A program made the translations under genes and the position numbers. Positions 61,998 through 64,000 of a stretch of 64,000 nt of DNA are shown in pieces. Every line of letters begins with the position of its first letter. Position 1 is the first letter of the stretch. The notes under the pieces were generated by a model. That model made no database searches. It was not told where the DNA came from and worked only from the letters and a program-made list of their open reading frames with translations. Origin of the DNA: Candidatus Woesearchaeota archaeon (GTDB lineage Archaea > Nanobdellota > Nanobdellia > Woesearchaeales > UBA119); assembly GCA_030156615.1 (NCBI GenBank), contig JASGME010000001.1:13881-77880 (forward strand), read 5' to 3'.

Positions 61998-62825
61998 TCA
62001 GATTTTTATTGAAGATTCTATTTCTTTTCGGTCTTCTATTTTTTTAATGATCTCAATTTCAACAGCACCAAAGTTCTCCTTCTGACTCATATTTATCATT
62101 CTTGAAAAATCCAGATGAAGAAGTGGAACAAAAGAATATATAATATCTTCTCTGTTCGGAGACTGGATTATATCATCAAGAAAAACCTTATCTTTTCTCT
62201 TAAACAATGAGACAACAGTGTTATATACCGATATTGCCTTTTCTTTTAAATCAAACTTTTTAACCTGAACTGTTGTTTTTTCTTTCTCACGCATTTCTAG
62301 ACGATTCTTTCTTCTATTCTCAACCTTCATTGCATCATCTAAAGCTTCAACAAGGTCACTTATAGTTAGTTTCCTCATTCTCGGCTGAGGAGCCCTGAGT
62401 TGAATCTTTGGAATTGTTATTGCATCTTCCTCTGGAGTTATTGATGAATAATTATCTTCTGATGAGAAGAAATCAGCCAATCCTTCAAAGTTGTATTCAT
62501 CATCCTCTGTTGCAAGATTTATCAGACTATCTAACTTATCAATGTCTTCATTAAATAGCTTCTTTGCCTTGAAATTTAAGAGTAAAGCAGAGGCAAGTAT
62601 CATCTTTCCTGATAGCCGAAAGTCCATCTCTTTCATTTTTTTAATAGTATTAAGATACTTCTTGGCAAGAAGACTTACATCTATGTCCCATGGATTCATA
62701 TTCTCCGTCTTTATAATCTCAAAAAGAAGTTCCTTCCAGCTATTTTCATCTCTTTCAACTATCAAGTTATATATTCTGTCTCCGGGACTTATTGTTGTTT
62801 CTACGCTTCTTATACTGCTCTCCAT
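61998..62825 (-). CDS. scpA: Segregation and condensation protein A (ScpA kleisin)
   Basis: The N-terminal WDIDVSLLAKKYL motif and a winged-helix C-terminus are present. Confidence 0.65.
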   Translation of the reverse strand: MESSIRSVETTISPGDRIYNLIVERDENSWKELLFEIIKTENMNPWDIDVSLLAKKYLNTIKKMKEMDFRLSGKMILASALLLNFKAKKLFNEDIDKLDSLINLATEDDEYNFEGLADFFSSEDNYSSITPEEDAITIPKIQLRAPQPRMRKLTISDLVEALDDAMKVENRRKNRLEMREKEKTTVQVKKFDLKEKAISVYNTVVSLFKRKDKVFLDDIIQSPNREDIIYSFVPLLHLDFSRMINMSQKENFGAVEIEIIKKIEDRKEIESSIKI

Positions 62826-63010
62826 ATTTTTATTCTCTGTTTTGCTTATTTATATCTTTTTTCTTTTGTAATTAATGAAATAGAAGAAAAAATGAAAAGA
62901 TTTGAAAGTGCATAAGGCATAAAATTGCAGAAGTATTATGAAAAATTCATAATCTATGAAAAAAAGTTAGTATGTTTTATAAATAAGAATTTTTCAATTG
63001 ATGGCTCTAT

Positions 63011-64000
63011 GACAAACAATATGAATGAAGATAATGGAATTGATGAAAAACATAATAACATAACTAAGTTATTTGGTACTGATGGGATAAGAGGAAAAGC
63101 AGATTCAGAGCTCTTCTCCGAGAATAGCCTGAAGAAAATTGTCAAGGCAATCTGGAAATGGAGCCTTGATGATGGGCTTGAGATGAAAGCTATAGTTGCA
63201 AGGGATACTCGCATATCTTCTCCAAAAATAATTAATGTTTTGAAAAAAGAATTCGTCAAATTGTTTGACGAAGTTATTGATGTTGGTGTTGTGCCTACGC
63301 CAGGATTAGCCTATCTATCTTATCTAAAAAAATCCATAGGTATAATGATTACTGCTTCTCATAATTCCTCTGATGACAACGGGATAAAGGTATTCTTGAA
63401 TGGAAGAAAGTTGTCTAATGCTCAGGAGGATGCAATTGAACAATTTTATTATTCAGATTTTGATAAAGTCTATAAAGATTTAGATAAGAATCAAATAGCT
63501 AACATATCTGCAATAGATAATTCTTTAAGAAAAGAATTTGTTAATGAATACATAGAATGGCTTTTAAAAAGAGCTGGTCAATATAATACAAGAGTTGTCT
63601 TTGATTGTGCAAATGGAGCATTTTCCGGCTTTGGTGATTCTCTTCTGAAAAAAGTCTTTCCAAATTCCATAATTATAAACAATAAGCCAGATGGGATGAA
63701 TATTAACAATAATTGCGGAGCAATGCATCCGGAAGGGGTTTGCACAGCAGTTGTTGAAAATAATGCTGAATTAGGGGTTGCCTTTGATGGCGATGGAGAT
63801 AGAGCTGTATTCTGCGATGAGAATGGAGAGCTTATGAATGGCGATTATATTATAGGATTTTTTGCTAAAGAACTATCACCTAACGGCGTTGTCTATACAG
63901 AATATAGCAACAAAGGCTTGGACTTGTTCTTAGAGGAGGAAGGAATAAACTATTTCAGAGTTGAATGTGGGGATAAGAATGTTGCAAAGGAGATGGATGC
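63011..64000 (+). CDS. Phosphohexomutase family (phosphoglucosamine / phosphomannomutase / phosphoglucomutase), 3' end outside the window
   Basis: LFGTDGIRGKA is the N-terminus. The active-site Ser loop is TASHNSSDDNGIK. The metal loop is DGDGDR. Confidence 0.75.

Overview
AT-rich archaeal chromosomal segment, gene-dense and mostly housekeeping. The gene content and rRNA signatures look like a small-genome, DPANN-like lineage, but that is inference from gene content and signatures only. I have no tools, so every call below rests on reading motifs in the supplied translations and the raw sequence. No homology search was run.

Left to right the window contains:
- A translationally coupled LmbE-type deacetylase and GT4 glycosyltransferase pair, plus a possible NurA-like protein.
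- A membrane-anchored wHTH regulator, a PHP-domain (EndoQ-like) protein and a TGT-family tRNA-guanine transglycosylase.
- A glycogen metabolism cluster with eukaryote-like components: GDE-type debrancher, GalT, GT3 glycogen synthase, GH57 and a GlgA-type synthase.
- SRP54, MetAP, ribosomal protein L11 and RpoL.
- A LonB protease, a PduO-type cobalamin adenosyltransferase next to a class II (AdoCbl) ribonucleotide reductase, a serpin, and a Na+/H+ antiporter.
- A 16S-tRNAAla-23S rRNA operon with no 5S.
- A DUF192 protein and a YchF/DRG-type GTPase.
- A FlaJ/FlaI-like type IV pilus or archaellum pair, where the ATPase carries an N-terminal Cys4 extension.
- An AT-rich accessory-like stretch holding a truncated, motif-degenerate MetRS-like paralog translationally coupled to a small nucleotidyltransferase.
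- An operon of Kae1 plus three phosphatases ending at a tRNA-Lys.
- A TyrRS with a degenerate HIGH motif.
- The conserved Pop5 / proteasome-alpha / SBDS / Rrp4 / Rrp41 / Rrp42 / RpoK superoperon.
- An S27ae / S24e / Spt4 / Rpo7 / PIN cluster.
- A lipoprotein and a 671-aa Cys-rich modular secreted protein.
- SepF, a bacterial-type GrpE-DnaK-DnaJ set, ScpA and a phosphohexomutase.

The candidates I would look at first for something new are the MetRS-like/NTase pair and the Cys-rich surface protein. Secondary candidates are the Kae1-phosphatase operon and the eukaryote-like glycogen module.
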